Assembly (NCBI GenBank): GCA_963662305.1
Contig: OY759352.1
Coordinates: 349,035-413,034, forward strand
DNA: 64,000 nucleotides
Origin: Desulfarculia bacterium
GTDB taxonomy: Bacteria > Desulfobacterota > Desulfarculia > G963662305
Direction: 5' to 3'
Each line of letters begins with the position of its first letter. The stretch's first letter is position 1. The position numbers and the translations under genes are program-made. The notes below the pieces were generated by a model. That model had not been told where the DNA came from and ran no database searches. It worked only from the letters and a program-made list of their open reading frames with translations. Positions 17,948 through 27,740 of the stretch are shown here, in pieces.

Positions 17948-18754
17948 TCAGAGCTCAAACACCTTGGCCCGGTAGGCCTGCAGGTATTTCATGCAGTAAT
18001 CGTCCCGGCCGTCCAAGGCCTCGGCGGCGATGATGGACGCCATCATCCGCTTGTCCAGAGGATTGATGATGGCTCCGTCCAGTCCCTTGGCCACGGCCAT
18101 GGTCATGAAGGTCTGGTTCATAAACTTGCGTTCCGGCAGACCGTAGGAGATGTTGGACAGGCCGCACATGGTGTGGATGCCCGGCCAGCCGGTCATGATC
18201 CGTTCCACCGCTTCCAGAAACTCCACTCCGAAACGGGTGTTGGTGGCCACCGGCTGGACCAGCGGATCTATGTAGATGTTTTCCAGAGCGACGTTGTTTT
18301 TGGTCAACCCCTCGACCAGCTTATCGGCGATCTCCATCCGCTGGTCGGCCGTCTCGGGCATGCCTTCGTCCGACATGCACAGAGCCACAACCTTCAGGTC
18401 AGTCCCGGCGACAACCGGCAGAAGCCGGTCCCAGCGATCTTTTTCCAGGGAGATGGAGTTGATCATGGGCCAGCCGTTCTTGTTGTCGTGAACGGCCAAG
18501 GCGGCTTCCAGGGCGGCAGGATCGGGGCTGTCCAGACAGCAGGGTATCTCCACCACCTCTTGAACCAGTTCCACCAGCCATTTAAGATACTCGGCCTCTT
18601 TATTTACAAATACGCCGGCGTTCACATCGATGTAGGTGGCTCCGGCTTCCGCCTGATCCTTGGCCACTTTTTCCAGGGCGGCCGTATCCTGGGCCTCTAT
18701 GGCCGCTGCTATGGCTTTGCGTGAAGCGTTTATTAACTCTCCGACAATTATCAT
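17948..18754 (-). CDS. Pterin-binding methyltransferase (MtrH/AcsE-like methyl-corrinoid:tetrahydrofolate methyltransferase)
   Basis: 268 aa; pterin-binding TIM-barrel (YIDVNAG...GWPMINSISLE...MCGLSNISYGLPER) typical of MtrH-like corrinoid:THF methyltransferases. Confidence 0.75.
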   Translation of the reverse strand: MIIVGELINASRKAIAAAIEAQDTAALEKVAKDQAEAGATYIDVNAGVFVNKEAEYLKWLVELVQEVVEIPCCLDSPDPAALEAALAVHDNKNGWPMINSISLEKDRWDRLLPVVAGTDLKVVALCMSDEGMPETADQRMEIADKLVEGLTKNNVALENIYIDPLVQPVATNTRFGVEFLEAVERIMTGWPGIHTMCGLSNISYGLPERKFMNQTFMTMAVAKGLDGAIINPLDKRMMASIIAAEALDGRDDYCMKYLQAYRAKVFEL

Positions 18755-18763
18755 TACAAAAAC

Positions 18764-19390
18764 CTAACCTTCCATTAGCCGCCTGGCCAGGGTCACGGCG
18801 CTGGGAGCATCCTCGGAGTACCCGCTGGCCCCGATCTGATCCGCAAAGGCCTTGGTCACCGGGGCTCCGCCGATCATGACCTTGATTCCCAGGCCCTGCT
18901 CCTTAAAAGCGGCCACGGTCTGCTCCATGGCCGGCATGGTGGTGGTCAGCAAAGCCGACAACCCGGCCAGCTCGGCCTTGTTTTCCTGGGCGGCTTTGAC
19001 AAACTTATCCGCATCAACGTCCACGCCCAGATCGATGACATTAAATCCGGCGCCTTCCAACATCATGGCCACCAGGTTTTTGCCGATATCGTGCAAGTCG
19101 CCTTTAACCGTACCCACAACTATCGTTCCGGCTGGTTTGGCGTCTGAATCGGACAACAGGGGGCGAATAACCGCCAGACCGGCCTTCATGGCCTGGGCAG
19201 CCATAAGCATCTCGGGGACAAAAAGAACGCCTTCGGAAAACTTTTTTCCAACCTCGTCCATGGCCCCGATCAAGCCGTCGTTCAATATGGACTGAATGTC
19301 GGTACCAGCATCCAACTCGGTCTGCACTAGGATCGGTACCTCCGCATCCTTGAACTCAATTACTGCTTGATAAATATCCTGTACAGCCAT
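18764..19390 (-). CDS. Cobalamin-binding corrinoid protein (MtmC/MttC/MtgC-like)
   Basis: 208 aa; B12-binding motif VKGDLHDIGKNLV (DxHxxG); N-terminal cap helix domain; GGAPV Rossmann B12 fold. Confidence 0.85.
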   Translation of the reverse strand: MAVQDIYQAVIEFKDAEVPILVQTELDAGTDIQSILNDGLIGAMDEVGKKFSEGVLFVPEMLMAAQAMKAGLAVIRPLLSDSDAKPAGTIVVGTVKGDLHDIGKNLVAMMLEGAGFNVIDLGVDVDADKFVKAAQENKAELAGLSALLTTTMPAMEQTVAAFKEQGLGIKVMIGGAPVTKAFADQIGASGYSEDAPSAVTLARRLMEG

Positions 19391-19468
19391 ATATCACTCC
19401 TCTATCCAAAATAATCGATTCAGCCTTCTTTAAAAAAGGCTCAAGTCGGCCAAGTTCTAGTTATAAAC

Positions 19469-20881
19469 TCACCCTTTAAATTTCGCTACATATTTTTCCA
19501 AATCCCTTTTCAAGGCACCACCCGTCTCCGGCGGCTCATACTCGGCCAGTCTACGCTCTTTCTCCTGTTCAGCCCGGATTCGGGCCGTGGGTCTTCCGGC
19601 CGAATTCCAAGAGTCAAAGTTGTCCCGGCTCATCAATCGGGGATTAAAGAACTCGGTCCGGCACAATTTAAAGGTCTTGGGCTGGGTCAGGTACTGGCCC
19701 CCGATGCCCACCTGCCTGATCATCTCCAGATCGATGGATTCCGGAGTAATTTCCAGGGGTTTTACCATCTTCTTGATCATTCCGGCCAGTTCCTCATCAA
19801 GCATGAACTTTTCAAAGCTCATGGAGATGTAGGAGCCCAGGGTTCCGGCCGTGTGGAGGACGAAGTTGATTCCGGAGCGGACGGCCGTGGAAAGGGCCAG
19901 GGCCGACTCGGCCCCGGCCTGGCCGTCCGGGGTGAGGGAGTCGGTCAAACCTCCGCCGCTACGGCTGGGCAGACGGTAGAAATCGGCCATCCGGGCCGTG
20001 GCCGAAATGTTCTGGGACAACTCGGGTGCGCCGATGGACAGGCCTCCGGTGCGCATATCCATGGCCGAGGAGGTGGAGCCGTAGATCACAGGCGCGCCCG
20101 GCCGGACCGCCTGGGCCAGGCAGATGCCGGCCAGGATCTCGGCGTTCTGAAGGGCCAGGACCCCGGCCAGAGTCACCGGACCGGAGGAGCCGGCCATGAT
20201 CAGGGAGGCCACGCAGCAGGCCTGGCCGGCCCGGGCCAGTTCCATGATGGAACCGGCCATCTCCGAAGAGAACTGCAGGGGTGACAGGGAGTTGCACAAG
20301 GAGACCGTGTAGGCCTCCTCCGTGGCCCTGTCCCCGAAAAGGATTCTAAGCATATCCACGCCCTGGGCCGCGCCCTCTCTGGAAACCGGGCTGCCCATAA
20401 AAGGTTTGTCGCACAACAAAATGGAGGACAGCAGCATGTGCAGATGGGCGGTCCGGGGCGGGACGTCGTGGGGCTCGACCATCATGAACCCGTTCATGTC
20501 CAGGTAGGGCGAGGTCTGGACCAGTTTGCAAAAGTCGTCGTAGTCGGCCATGGCGGCCTGACGCCGGCCGCCATCCGGGGTGGTTACAAAGGGCGCGCCG
20601 TATCCGGGCAGAAGCACGAAATCGTCTCCCCCGATAAAGACGCTTTTCTCCGGGTCGCGGGCCTTTACCCGGAACCGGGAGGGGCAGGTCGCCAGGGCCT
20701 CCCGGATATGGGCCTCCCGGAAAAAGACCTTTTTGCCCTCCACCCGGTGGCCCTTTTTCCTGAATATCTCCAGGGCCTCGTTCTCGTTAAAGGCCACCCC
20801 CGTGTTTGACAGGATGTCCATGGTGGAATCGTGGAGCAGGGAAAGCTCCCCCGGAGTCAGGGTCTGCATCCGATCGGGCAT
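19469..20881 (-). CDS. MttB-superfamily (non-pyrrolysine) quaternary-amine:corrinoid methyltransferase (MtgB-like), copy 1
   Basis: 470 aa TIM-barrel of the trimethylamine methyltransferase family (PF06253-like); no in-frame amber codon, so non-Pyl type. Confidence 0.8.
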   Translation of the reverse strand: MPDRMQTLTPGELSLLHDSTMDILSNTGVAFNENEALEIFRKKGHRVEGKKVFFREAHIREALATCPSRFRVKARDPEKSVFIGGDDFVLLPGYGAPFVTTPDGGRRQAAMADYDDFCKLVQTSPYLDMNGFMMVEPHDVPPRTAHLHMLLSSILLCDKPFMGSPVSREGAAQGVDMLRILFGDRATEEAYTVSLCNSLSPLQFSSEMAGSIMELARAGQACCVASLIMAGSSGPVTLAGVLALQNAEILAGICLAQAVRPGAPVIYGSTSSAMDMRTGGLSIGAPELSQNISATARMADFYRLPSRSGGGLTDSLTPDGQAGAESALALSTAVRSGINFVLHTAGTLGSYISMSFEKFMLDEELAGMIKKMVKPLEITPESIDLEMIRQVGIGGQYLTQPKTFKLCRTEFFNPRLMSRDNFDSWNSAGRPTARIRAEQEKERRLAEYEPPETGGALKRDLEKYVAKFKG

Positions 20882-20905
20882 GGACCGCTCCTGTTGTGGT
20901 AAGGT

Positions 20906-20970
20906 TCAACAATGCGTTCCGCATTTTTGACGGGCCGCCGGGCCAAAACCAGGTTTTGGCCCGGCGGCCC
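20906..20970. repeat. Intergenic two-hairpin repeat element, copy A (same element as 26086-26150)
   Basis: caAATGCGTTCCGCATTTTTGACGGGCCGCCGGGCCAAAACCAGGTTTTGGCCCGGCGGCC: hairpin 1 ATGCG/CGCAT, hairpin 2 GGGCCAAAAC/GTTTTGGCCC; ~85% identical to copy B with compensatory changes; lies between mttB and the DMGDH gene. Confidence 0.75.
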
Positions 20971-20979
20971 TGACAAGGT

Positions 20980-23403
20980 TCAGCCCTTCAGTTTCTCATT
21001 CCGGGGATCATAGAGGGGCATGGGCGCCACCTTGGCCGGGAAGCGCTGATCCAGGATCTCCACCTCCAGGGCCGTGCCCTCCCGGGCCAGTTCCAGCTTG
21101 ATGTAGCCCATGGCCAGGGACTTCTCCACCCGGTGGCCGTAGCCGCCCGAGGAGGTCATGCCCACGTACCGGTCCCCCTTCCAGATGGCGTTGTAGCCGT
21201 AGGCGTCGGCGTTTCCGGCCTGGATCTCCATGAGCACCAGTTTCTGGGGAACGCCCTCCTCCTTCTGCCTGACCAGGGCCTCCTTGCCGATAAATTCCTT
21301 GTCCAGCTTGACCTGCCAGCCGAGCCCGGCCTCCCAGGGGGTGTGGTGGATGTTCAGCTCGCCCTTCCAGGTGCAATACCCCTTTTCCAGGCGCATGGAG
21401 TCCATGGCCCGGATGCCGAACATGCCCAGGGAGAACTCCCGGCCGGCCCCCATGAGCTGGTCGTAGAGGTTGATCTGGCGCTCGATGGGATGAAACAGCT
21501 CGAATCCCAGTTCGCCCACAAAGTTCAGCCTGTTGACCTGGCAGGGGACCTTGTCGATGAGCATTTTCCGAGAGGCGGCAAAGGGGAAGGCCTTGTTGGA
21601 CAGATCCGCGTCAGTCAGCTTCCGGAGGATCTTGCGGGAGTTGGGCCCCGCCAGGACCAGGCAGCCGAACCGGGTGGTCACGTCCAGAAGAGAGACGCTC
21701 TTGTCAGGGGGCAGGTTCAGGATCAGGTGGTGATGGTCGTGGCGCTTGGCCACCGCGGCCGAAACCACCATCCACTGGTTCTCATCCACCTTGGTGCAGG
21801 TCATGTCGCACAGAAAGGCGCCCTCTTCAGTCAGGGCCGGAAAAATGGCGATCTGCCCCACCCGGGCCGGGGCCTTGTTGCAGGAGAGCCTGTTCAGGTA
21901 GGCCTCGGCCCCTTCGCCGGAGACGAGCCACTTGGAGAAGCCGCTCAGATCCAGGAGCCCGGCCGACTCCATGACCATCCGGCATTCCTTTTTCACCGGC
22001 TGGAACCAGTTGGACCTGCGCCAGGAGTCCACGTCCGCGTCCCCGGCCCTGCCCGAGAACCACTGGGGCCGCTCCCAGCCGAAGGTCTCGCCGAAGACCG
22101 CCCCGGCCGCCTTCTGGCGGTCGTAGATGGGCGAAACCTTCATGGGCCGGCCAGCCATGCGCTCCTGAAAGGGGAAGGGCACGGCGTAGAGCCGGGGGTA
22201 GGTGTCGGCCACCTTCTGGGCGTTGTACTCCTTGTTCACGTAGGCCCCGTAGCGCCGGGAGTCGGCCGGCCAGAGGTCGATCCCGGGCTGGCCGTTGATC
22301 ATCCACTCGGCCAGGTACCGGCCGATGCCCCCGGCCTGGGTGATACCGAAGGAGTACCCGCAGCAGAGCCAGAAATTTTTCAGGGGAAAGGCCGGGCCCA
22401 CCAGGGGGTCGCCGTTGGGGGTGTAGGTGATGGGCCCGCAGGTAATATGCTTCAGCCCGGCGTGCTCCATGATGGGGAAGCGGTTTATGCAGGCCTCCAC
22501 ATAGGGGGTGATCCGCTCCAGGTCCGTGGGGCACTCGCTCTGGGACCAGTCCCAGGGCACCCCCTCGGGGTGCCAGGGCACGGCCACGTTTTCGTACATG
22601 CCCAGGATAAAGGAGTCCATCTCCTGACGGAAGTAGATGGACAGGTCCGGATCCCGGACCAGGGGGAAGTGGTTCCCCGCTTTTTTGCGCTCCTCCGCAT
22701 CCGGAATCTTCTCGAACAGGATGTGGTGGTGCTCGCAGGGCAGGGAGGGGATCTCCAGCCCCACCATGGCCCCCACCTCCGGGGCCCACAGCCCCCCGGC
22801 GTTGACCACGTGCTCGCAGGTGATGTCCCCCTTGTCCGTGTGGACCACCCACTCGCCCGAGGGGTTCTGGGTGATGCCGGTGACCATGGTGAAGCGGTGG
22901 ATCTCCGCCCCTTGCTGGCGGGCCCCGATGGCCAGGGCCTGGGTCATGCCGCTGGGGTCCACGTCTCCGTCGTCCGGGTGCCACAACGCGCCCAGGACGC
23001 CCTCCGTGTTGATCAGGGGATGAAGCTTCCTGATCTCCTCTGGGCCGACCATCTCCACGTTCAGCCCCAGGCACTTGTCCTTGGTGCAGTTGTAGCGGAG
23101 TTCGTCCATGCGGTCCTGGGTGGTGGCCAGGCGCAAGGCGCCGGTGGTGTGCCAGCCCGTGGACTGCCCGGTCTCCTCCTCCAGGGCCTGGTAGAGTTCC
23201 ACGGACCACATCTGGACCTTGGCCTCGTAATAGTTGGGGTGGTAGAAAGAGCAGTTGCCTGCGGCCAACCAGGTGGAGCCGGAGGTCAGCTCGTTTTTTT
23301 CGATCAGGACCACATCGTTCCAGCCGAACCTGGCCAGGTGATAAAGAACGCCGCAGCCTATTGCTCCGCCGCCGATGACCACAACGCGGGCGTGGGTTTT
23401 CAT
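20980..23403 (-). CDS. Dimethylglycine/sarcosine dehydrogenase-family flavoprotein (FAD DAO domain plus C-terminal GcvT-like folate-binding domain)
   Basis: ~807 aa from the internal Met (MKTHARVVVIGGGAIGCG, GxGxxG) preceded by a GGAGG RBS; C-terminal aminomethyltransferase (T-protein) folds. The ORF-track start at 23493 is a 5' extension. Confidence 0.85.
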   Translation of the reverse strand: MKTHARVVVIGGGAIGCGVLYHLARFGWNDVVLIEKNELTSGSTWLAAGNCSFYHPNYYEAKVQMWSVELYQALEEETGQSTGWHTTGALRLATTQDRMDELRYNCTKDKCLGLNVEMVGPEEIRKLHPLINTEGVLGALWHPDDGDVDPSGMTQALAIGARQQGAEIHRFTMVTGITQNPSGEWVVHTDKGDITCEHVVNAGGLWAPEVGAMVGLEIPSLPCEHHHILFEKIPDAEERKKAGNHFPLVRDPDLSIYFRQEMDSFILGMYENVAVPWHPEGVPWDWSQSECPTDLERITPYVEACINRFPIMEHAGLKHITCGPITYTPNGDPLVGPAFPLKNFWLCCGYSFGITQAGGIGRYLAEWMINGQPGIDLWPADSRRYGAYVNKEYNAQKVADTYPRLYAVPFPFQERMAGRPMKVSPIYDRQKAAGAVFGETFGWERPQWFSGRAGDADVDSWRRSNWFQPVKKECRMVMESAGLLDLSGFSKWLVSGEGAEAYLNRLSCNKAPARVGQIAIFPALTEEGAFLCDMTCTKVDENQWMVVSAAVAKRHDHHHLILNLPPDKSVSLLDVTTRFGCLVLAGPNSRKILRKLTDADLSNKAFPFAASRKMLIDKVPCQVNRLNFVGELGFELFHPIERQINLYDQLMGAGREFSLGMFGIRAMDSMRLEKGYCTWKGELNIHHTPWEAGLGWQVKLDKEFIGKEALVRQKEEGVPQKLVLMEIQAGNADAYGYNAIWKGDRYVGMTSSGGYGHRVEKSLAMGYIKLELAREGTALEVEILDQRFPAKVAPMPLYDPRNEKLKG

Positions 23404-23532
23404 GATTTGAACCTCCTCAGGCTGTATTCCAAAAATTAGCGAGCCGACCCTATATCCGCCGATACGGCAACCGGCCTTGATCCGTCTATCCAAGCCGATC
23501 CAGGATATCGGCTTTCCGGTTTGGGGCTGCTG

Positions 23533-23964
23533 TCAGATTCCGCAGGCCTTCTCCGGCCTGATCACCAAAACGGGTTTTTTAGATCTGCGGATGACCCGGT
23601 CGACCACGCTGCCCAGGGCCCACCGGGTCAGGCCCCCGTGACCGTGGGTGGTCATAACCACCACCGTGGCGTATTTTTCGGCGTGGTCCAGGATCTCCGT
23701 GGCCGCATCTCCCAGTCTGACATGAGTGGAGACTTCCAATCCCTTGGCGCGCAGGTCCGCCGCCATTTTTTCCAGATATTTTTCGGAACGCTCCACCGCC
23801 TCGAGTTCCATTTTCTTGTTTTCGGATCCCGGAAAGGGGTAAAAAAAGGCGACCCGCAGCAGCATAATCCGGCCTTTGTTGACCCGGGCCAGGTCCTCCA
23901 CCTGGCACAGCGTCTCCTCGGCCATCCTGGAACCGTCCAGGGGAACCAAAATTTTTGAGAACAT
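23533..23964 (-). CDS. Universal stress protein (UspA family)
   Basis: 143 aa; ILVPLDGS...VVMTTHGHGGLTRWALGSV...VLVIRP, the UspA ATP-binding fold. Confidence 0.85.
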   Translation of the reverse strand: MFSKILVPLDGSRMAEETLCQVEDLARVNKGRIMLLRVAFFYPFPGSENKKMELEAVERSEKYLEKMAADLRAKGLEVSTHVRLGDAATEILDHAEKYATVVVMTTHGHGGLTRWALGSVVDRVIRRSKKPVLVIRPEKACGI

Positions 23965-23979
23965 GGACTCTCCTCGGCC

Positions 23980-25011
23980 CTAAGACCTTCTTGAATCTTT
24001 TGGGTTCAAACCGACCATGAACCGCCAAAACGGGCTTTTGGGACTGGTCAGGTATTTTTGGTAGATGGTGGCCACGCCGCCGGGGTAGTAGATCATGACC
24101 ACGATCAGGACCAGACCGTAGATGACCAGATGGATTCCCGGCAGGTTGGAGAATCCGGAACGGATCAGCTCCATGGCGATCAGGAAGGGAATGGCGATCA
24201 AGGGACCGCCCCACAGGGTGCCCCGGCCGCCGATGTAGGCCACGGCCAGAATCTCCACGGTCTTGGAGGTATGCATGTAATCAGGGGTCAGGATGCCGAT
24301 GTAGTGGGCGTAGAATCCTCCCAGCCAGCCGGCCAGGGCGCAGGAGACGGTGAAGTTGAAGATCCGGTATCCCACCGGGTTTATTCCTGAAGTACGGGCC
24401 GCCTCCATGTTCTGGCCGATGGCCCGGAAGGCCAGCCCCATGTTGGACCTGGTGATCCAGCGGCAGATGACGAAGGTGACCACCATCATGATCAGGGCCA
24501 CATAGAAATAGGGAACGTTGGAGGGCGTGTCAAAGAGCTGGGGGGCCCTGAGCCCCAGCATGCCCCGGGTCATGGGAACCCACTTCTGGGCGATGCCCAT
24601 GAGCGACAGGCCGATGAACCAGGTCACCAGGGCGGCGAAAATGCCCCTGTGACGCAGGGTCAGCAATCCGGTCAGGAACCCCAGTATCGCCGCGCTTACG
24701 GCCCCCACGAACATGCCCGCCCAGGGGGTCAGCCCCAGCCGCACGGCCAGGATGGCCGAGGTGTACCCGCCCAGCCCGGCGATGGCGTTGAAGCCGAAAT
24801 TGACGATGTTGATGAATCCCACCGAGAGGTCAAAGGCGATGGCCGAGGCGGCGATGATGATGGCTATGGTTATCCAGCGGATCAGATACTCCTGGGGCAG
24901 AAACAGGGGCGCCAGGGCCAGAATGATCAGCCCGGCCAAGGCCAGCGGAGTAAGGCAGAGCTTGTCCAGAACCCAGCTGAAAGGATTCAGAGTCGATTTA
25001 TTGGTCTCCAT
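23980..25011 (-). CDS. livM: Branched-chain amino acid-type ABC transporter permease (LivM-like)
   Basis: 343 aa polytopic; typical LivM/BPD_transp_2 core. Confidence 0.8.
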   Translation of the reverse strand: METNKSTLNPFSWVLDKLCLTPLALAGLIILALAPLFLPQEYLIRWITIAIIIAASAIAFDLSVGFINIVNFGFNAIAGLGGYTSAILAVRLGLTPWAGMFVGAVSAAILGFLTGLLTLRHRGIFAALVTWFIGLSLMGIAQKWVPMTRGMLGLRAPQLFDTPSNVPYFYVALIMMVVTFVICRWITRSNMGLAFRAIGQNMEAARTSGINPVGYRIFNFTVSCALAGWLGGFYAHYIGILTPDYMHTSKTVEILAVAYIGGRGTLWGGPLIAIPFLIAMELIRSGFSNLPGIHLVIYGLVLIVVMIYYPGGVATIYQKYLTSPKSPFWRFMVGLNPKDSRRS

Positions 25012-25030
25012 TTTCTCTCCCCTGCCGCGC

Positions 25031-26053
25031 TTACTGGTCCAAGACGCCGCGGACCTCGGTGCCGAAGATTCCGCTGGGCTTGACGATCAGAACCAGGATT
25101 ATGAGGGCCGTGGGAACCACGTACTCCCAGCCGCTGCCGATATATTCAAGGGTCAGGACCCGGGCCAGGCCCACCAGGAAACCGCCCATGAGGGCTCCCA
25201 GGACATTGCCCAATCCCACCAGGATGACCACAAACCAGGCCATGTAGAGCGGCTCCATGCCCACCGTGGGATAGGTGGGGTAGAGAAACAGCAGGCTCCC
25301 TCCGGCCACCGCGGCCAGGGCGCAACCGATGGCCATGGTCAGCATGGTCACATTGTCCAGGGGGATGCCCACCATCAGGGCCCCGGTCTCGTCCTGGCTG
25401 ACCGCCCGGATGGCCCGCCCGGTTCTGGTCTTGCCCATGAACAGCCAGAACAGGATGATGAGAACCAGGGAGAGCAGCACCGCGAAGATCCTGTCCCGGG
25501 AGACAAAGGCTCCAAAAAAATCTACGGGCGCACCGGTGTAATAGCGGCTGATGCCCTTGAACTCTACTCCCAGGACCATCTGATGGAGGTTGATCAGAAC
25601 CACCGAAACCCCCACGGTCAGGAGAAAGGAGTTCATGACCCAGTTCTGCCTGGCTCTTTTTCGAAGCGGCCTGATGGCCAGCACCTCGGTCAGGGCTCCG
25701 GCCGCCGCTCCGGCCAGCAGGGCCGCAAAGATGGCGATGAGCGGGACGAGCAGGGCGAAAAAGGAACCAGGGGCGGCCGCCCCCTCCAGGGTCTTGAAGA
25801 CCGCGTAGGCGGCCAGCCCTCCGATCATGAAGTACTCGCCGTGGGCGAACTGAGGGATGTTCAACACCCCGAAGACCATGGCCAGGCCCACCGAGATCAG
25901 GGCCAGCATTCCCCCCAGAACAATGGTGTTTACCAGGATATAGGGTCCCCGGTCGATGGTGCAGACCACGGTCAGGACCAAGGCCACCAGAACCGTAATC
26001 CCGGCCGCGGTCCTGAACCAGTCAAAAAGTCTTTGAAACAGCGCTGTCAGCAT
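25031..26053 (-). CDS. livH: Branched-chain amino acid-type ABC transporter permease (LivH-like)
   Basis: 340 aa polytopic; LivH-like BPD_transp_2. Confidence 0.8.
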   Translation of the reverse strand: MLTALFQRLFDWFRTAAGITVLVALVLTVVCTIDRGPYILVNTIVLGGMLALISVGLAMVFGVLNIPQFAHGEYFMIGGLAAYAVFKTLEGAAAPGSFFALLVPLIAIFAALLAGAAAGALTEVLAIRPLRKRARQNWVMNSFLLTVGVSVVLINLHQMVLGVEFKGISRYYTGAPVDFFGAFVSRDRIFAVLLSLVLIILFWLFMGKTRTGRAIRAVSQDETGALMVGIPLDNVTMLTMAIGCALAAVAGGSLLFLYPTYPTVGMEPLYMAWFVVILVGLGNVLGALMGGFLVGLARVLTLEYIGSGWEYVVPTALIILVLIVKPSGIFGTEVRGVLDQ

Positions 26054-26085
26054 TTAGTCGCCCTCCGGAGCCGCGTCTTATAATA

Positions 26086-26150
26086 AGTTTCAAAAATACG
26101 TTCCGTATTTTTGACGGACCGCCCGGCCAAAAACGTGGTTTTGGCCCGGC
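26086..26150. repeat. Intergenic two-hairpin repeat element, copy B
   Basis: caAAAATACGTTCCGTATTTTTGACGGACCGCCCGGCCAAAAACGTGGTTTTGGCCCGGC; hairpin 1 ATACG/CGTAT is a compensated variant of ATGCG/CGCAT in copy A; between livH and livF. Confidence 0.75.
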
Positions 26151-26231
26151 TCACGGTCGCTTTGCGACCGGCGGCCCGTTACCGGCCCGCTTAGAGCGAT
26201 TGTCGCTTAAAGCATATTTCCGACAACCGCT

Positions 26232-26939
26232 CTAGACCCCCAAAAAGACCTTGCGCACATGGGGGTCCTCGGCCAGATTGCTGCTGGCCCCTTCCAGTTC
26301 GACCCGCCCGTTCTCCAGGACATAGCCCCGGGAGGTGAACTGGAGAGTTTTAATCACGTTCTGCTCCACCACCAGGATGGTCAAACCGTCCTTGTTGAGC
26401 CTGGACAGGGCGGCGAAGACGCCATCGGTCAGGTTGGGGGCCAGGCCGAAAGAGGGTTCGTCCACCAAAAGCAGCTTGGGGTCGGGCATCAACCCCCGGC
26501 CGATCCCCAGCATCTTCCTCTCCCCCCCGCTCATGGTCCCGGCCAGTTGGTTGCGCCTCTCCTCCAGCCGGGGGAAAAGCTCGTAGACTATGTCCAGGCG
26601 GTCCCTGATAACCTTTTTATCCTTGATGGTGTAGGCTCCCATGAGCAGGTTCTCGTGGACCGACATGTTGACGAACAGATTCATCTCCTCGGAGATGTAG
26701 CTGATGCCCTTGCGGCAGACCTTGTTGCCGGGCATTCCGGCCACATTCTCACCCCGGAATTTGACCTCTCCGCTCAGGGGCGATACCAGGCCGCTGATGG
26801 TTTTCAGGGTGGTGGACTTGCCGGCGCCGTTGGGGCCGATAAGGCAGACGTACTCTCCCTCGTCCACCTTCAGGCAGACATCCCTGAGGATCTGGAGGAA
26901 TCCATAACCCGCGTTCAGGTTGGTTACTTCGAGTAACAA
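26232..26939 (-). CDS. livF: ABC transporter ATP-binding protein (LivF-like)
   Basis: Walker A GPNGAGKST, signature SGGERKML, Walker B LLLVDEPS. Confidence 0.88.
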   Translation of the reverse strand: MLLEVTNLNAGYGFLQILRDVCLKVDEGEYVCLIGPNGAGKSTTLKTISGLVSPLSGEVKFRGENVAGMPGNKVCRKGISYISEEMNLFVNMSVHENLLMGAYTIKDKKVIRDRLDIVYELFPRLEERRNQLAGTMSGGERKMLGIGRGLMPDPKLLLVDEPSFGLAPNLTDGVFAALSRLNKDGLTILVVEQNVIKTLQFTSRGYVLENGRVELEGASSNLAEDPHVRKVFLGV

Positions 26940-27020
26940 TTGGGCCTCCGTTCAAACCGGGCCCCGCTTCTCCCGCTTTCCGCCTTCAGGGGGCGGACCG
27001 GAGAGTTCGGGTCTCCCTAA

Positions 27021-27740
27021 TCAGGCTTCAGAACCAAGGTATGCTTCGGCCACTTTCGGATCCCGGGCCACCTCTTCGGTGGGGCCGTCGGCAATCTTGG
27101 AACCGAAATTGATCACCACCAGACGGCTGCAGACGTTCATGATCAGCTGCATGATGTGCTCAACCATCAGGATGGTTATCTCCCGTTCTTGTATTTTATT
27201 TATTATCTTAATAATATCCGTCAGCTCCCCGGTGGACAGGCCGGCCGCCAGCTCATCCATGAACAGGACCTTGGGATGGCTGGCCAAGGCCCTGGCCAGA
27301 TCCAGCCTTTTGAGCTGAACCGTGTTCAGGCTTTCGCAAATGGTGTCCTCCGGGACCGGAAACTCCACAAACTCCAGCAACTCCCGGCTCAGGGCGTAGG
27401 GATTTTTGACCTTTTCCTTGTTGCCGAAGATGGCCGCGGTGAGAACATTCTCCAGGCTGGTCATCTTGGGAAAAGGCCGGGGAATCTGAAAGGTCCGTGA
27501 CAGGCCTCTCCGGCACATCCTTTCAGGCGCCAGCCCGGTGGAGTCCCGGCCCAAAAAGCTGACCCGGCCCGAGGTGGGCGAATTCAATCCGGCGATGGCG
27601 TTAAGCAAGGTGGTCTTTCCGGCCCCGTTGGGCCCGATCAGCCCCACGATCTCGCCCTGGGCCACGTGCATGTTTACTTTATTGACGGCGATCAGACCGC
27701 CGAATCTCTTAGTGACGTTTTCAGTCTCTATGACATTCAT
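27021..27740 (-). CDS. livG: ABC transporter ATP-binding protein (LivG-like)
   Basis: Walker A GPNGAGKTT, signature LSTGE, Walker B LFMDEL; likely starts at internal MNVIETENVTKRFGG. Confidence 0.85.
   Translation of the reverse strand: MNVIETENVTKRFGGLIAVNKVNMHVAQGEIVGLIGPNGAGKTTLLNAIAGLNSPTSGRVSFLGRDSTGLAPERMCRRGLSRTFQIPRPFPKMTSLENVLTAAIFGNKEKVKNPYALSRELLEFVEFPVPEDTICESLNTVQLKRLDLARALASHPKVLFMDELAAGLSTGELTDIIKIINKIQEREITILMVEHIMQLIMNVCSRLVVINFGSKIADGPTEEVARDPKVAEAYLGSEA

Noticed and set aside
21133-23439. 768-aa plus-strand ORF and 460-aa minus ORF (21827-23209) overlapping the DMGDH gene
   Set aside because: Both are alternative-frame or antisense shadows of the 807-aa DMGDH-family gene, whose FAD and GcvT motifs are unambiguous.
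24713-26083. 456-aa plus-strand ORF opposite livH/livM
   Set aside because: Antisense to two typical ABC permease genes; His/Gly/Asp/Gln-rich low-complexity translation.
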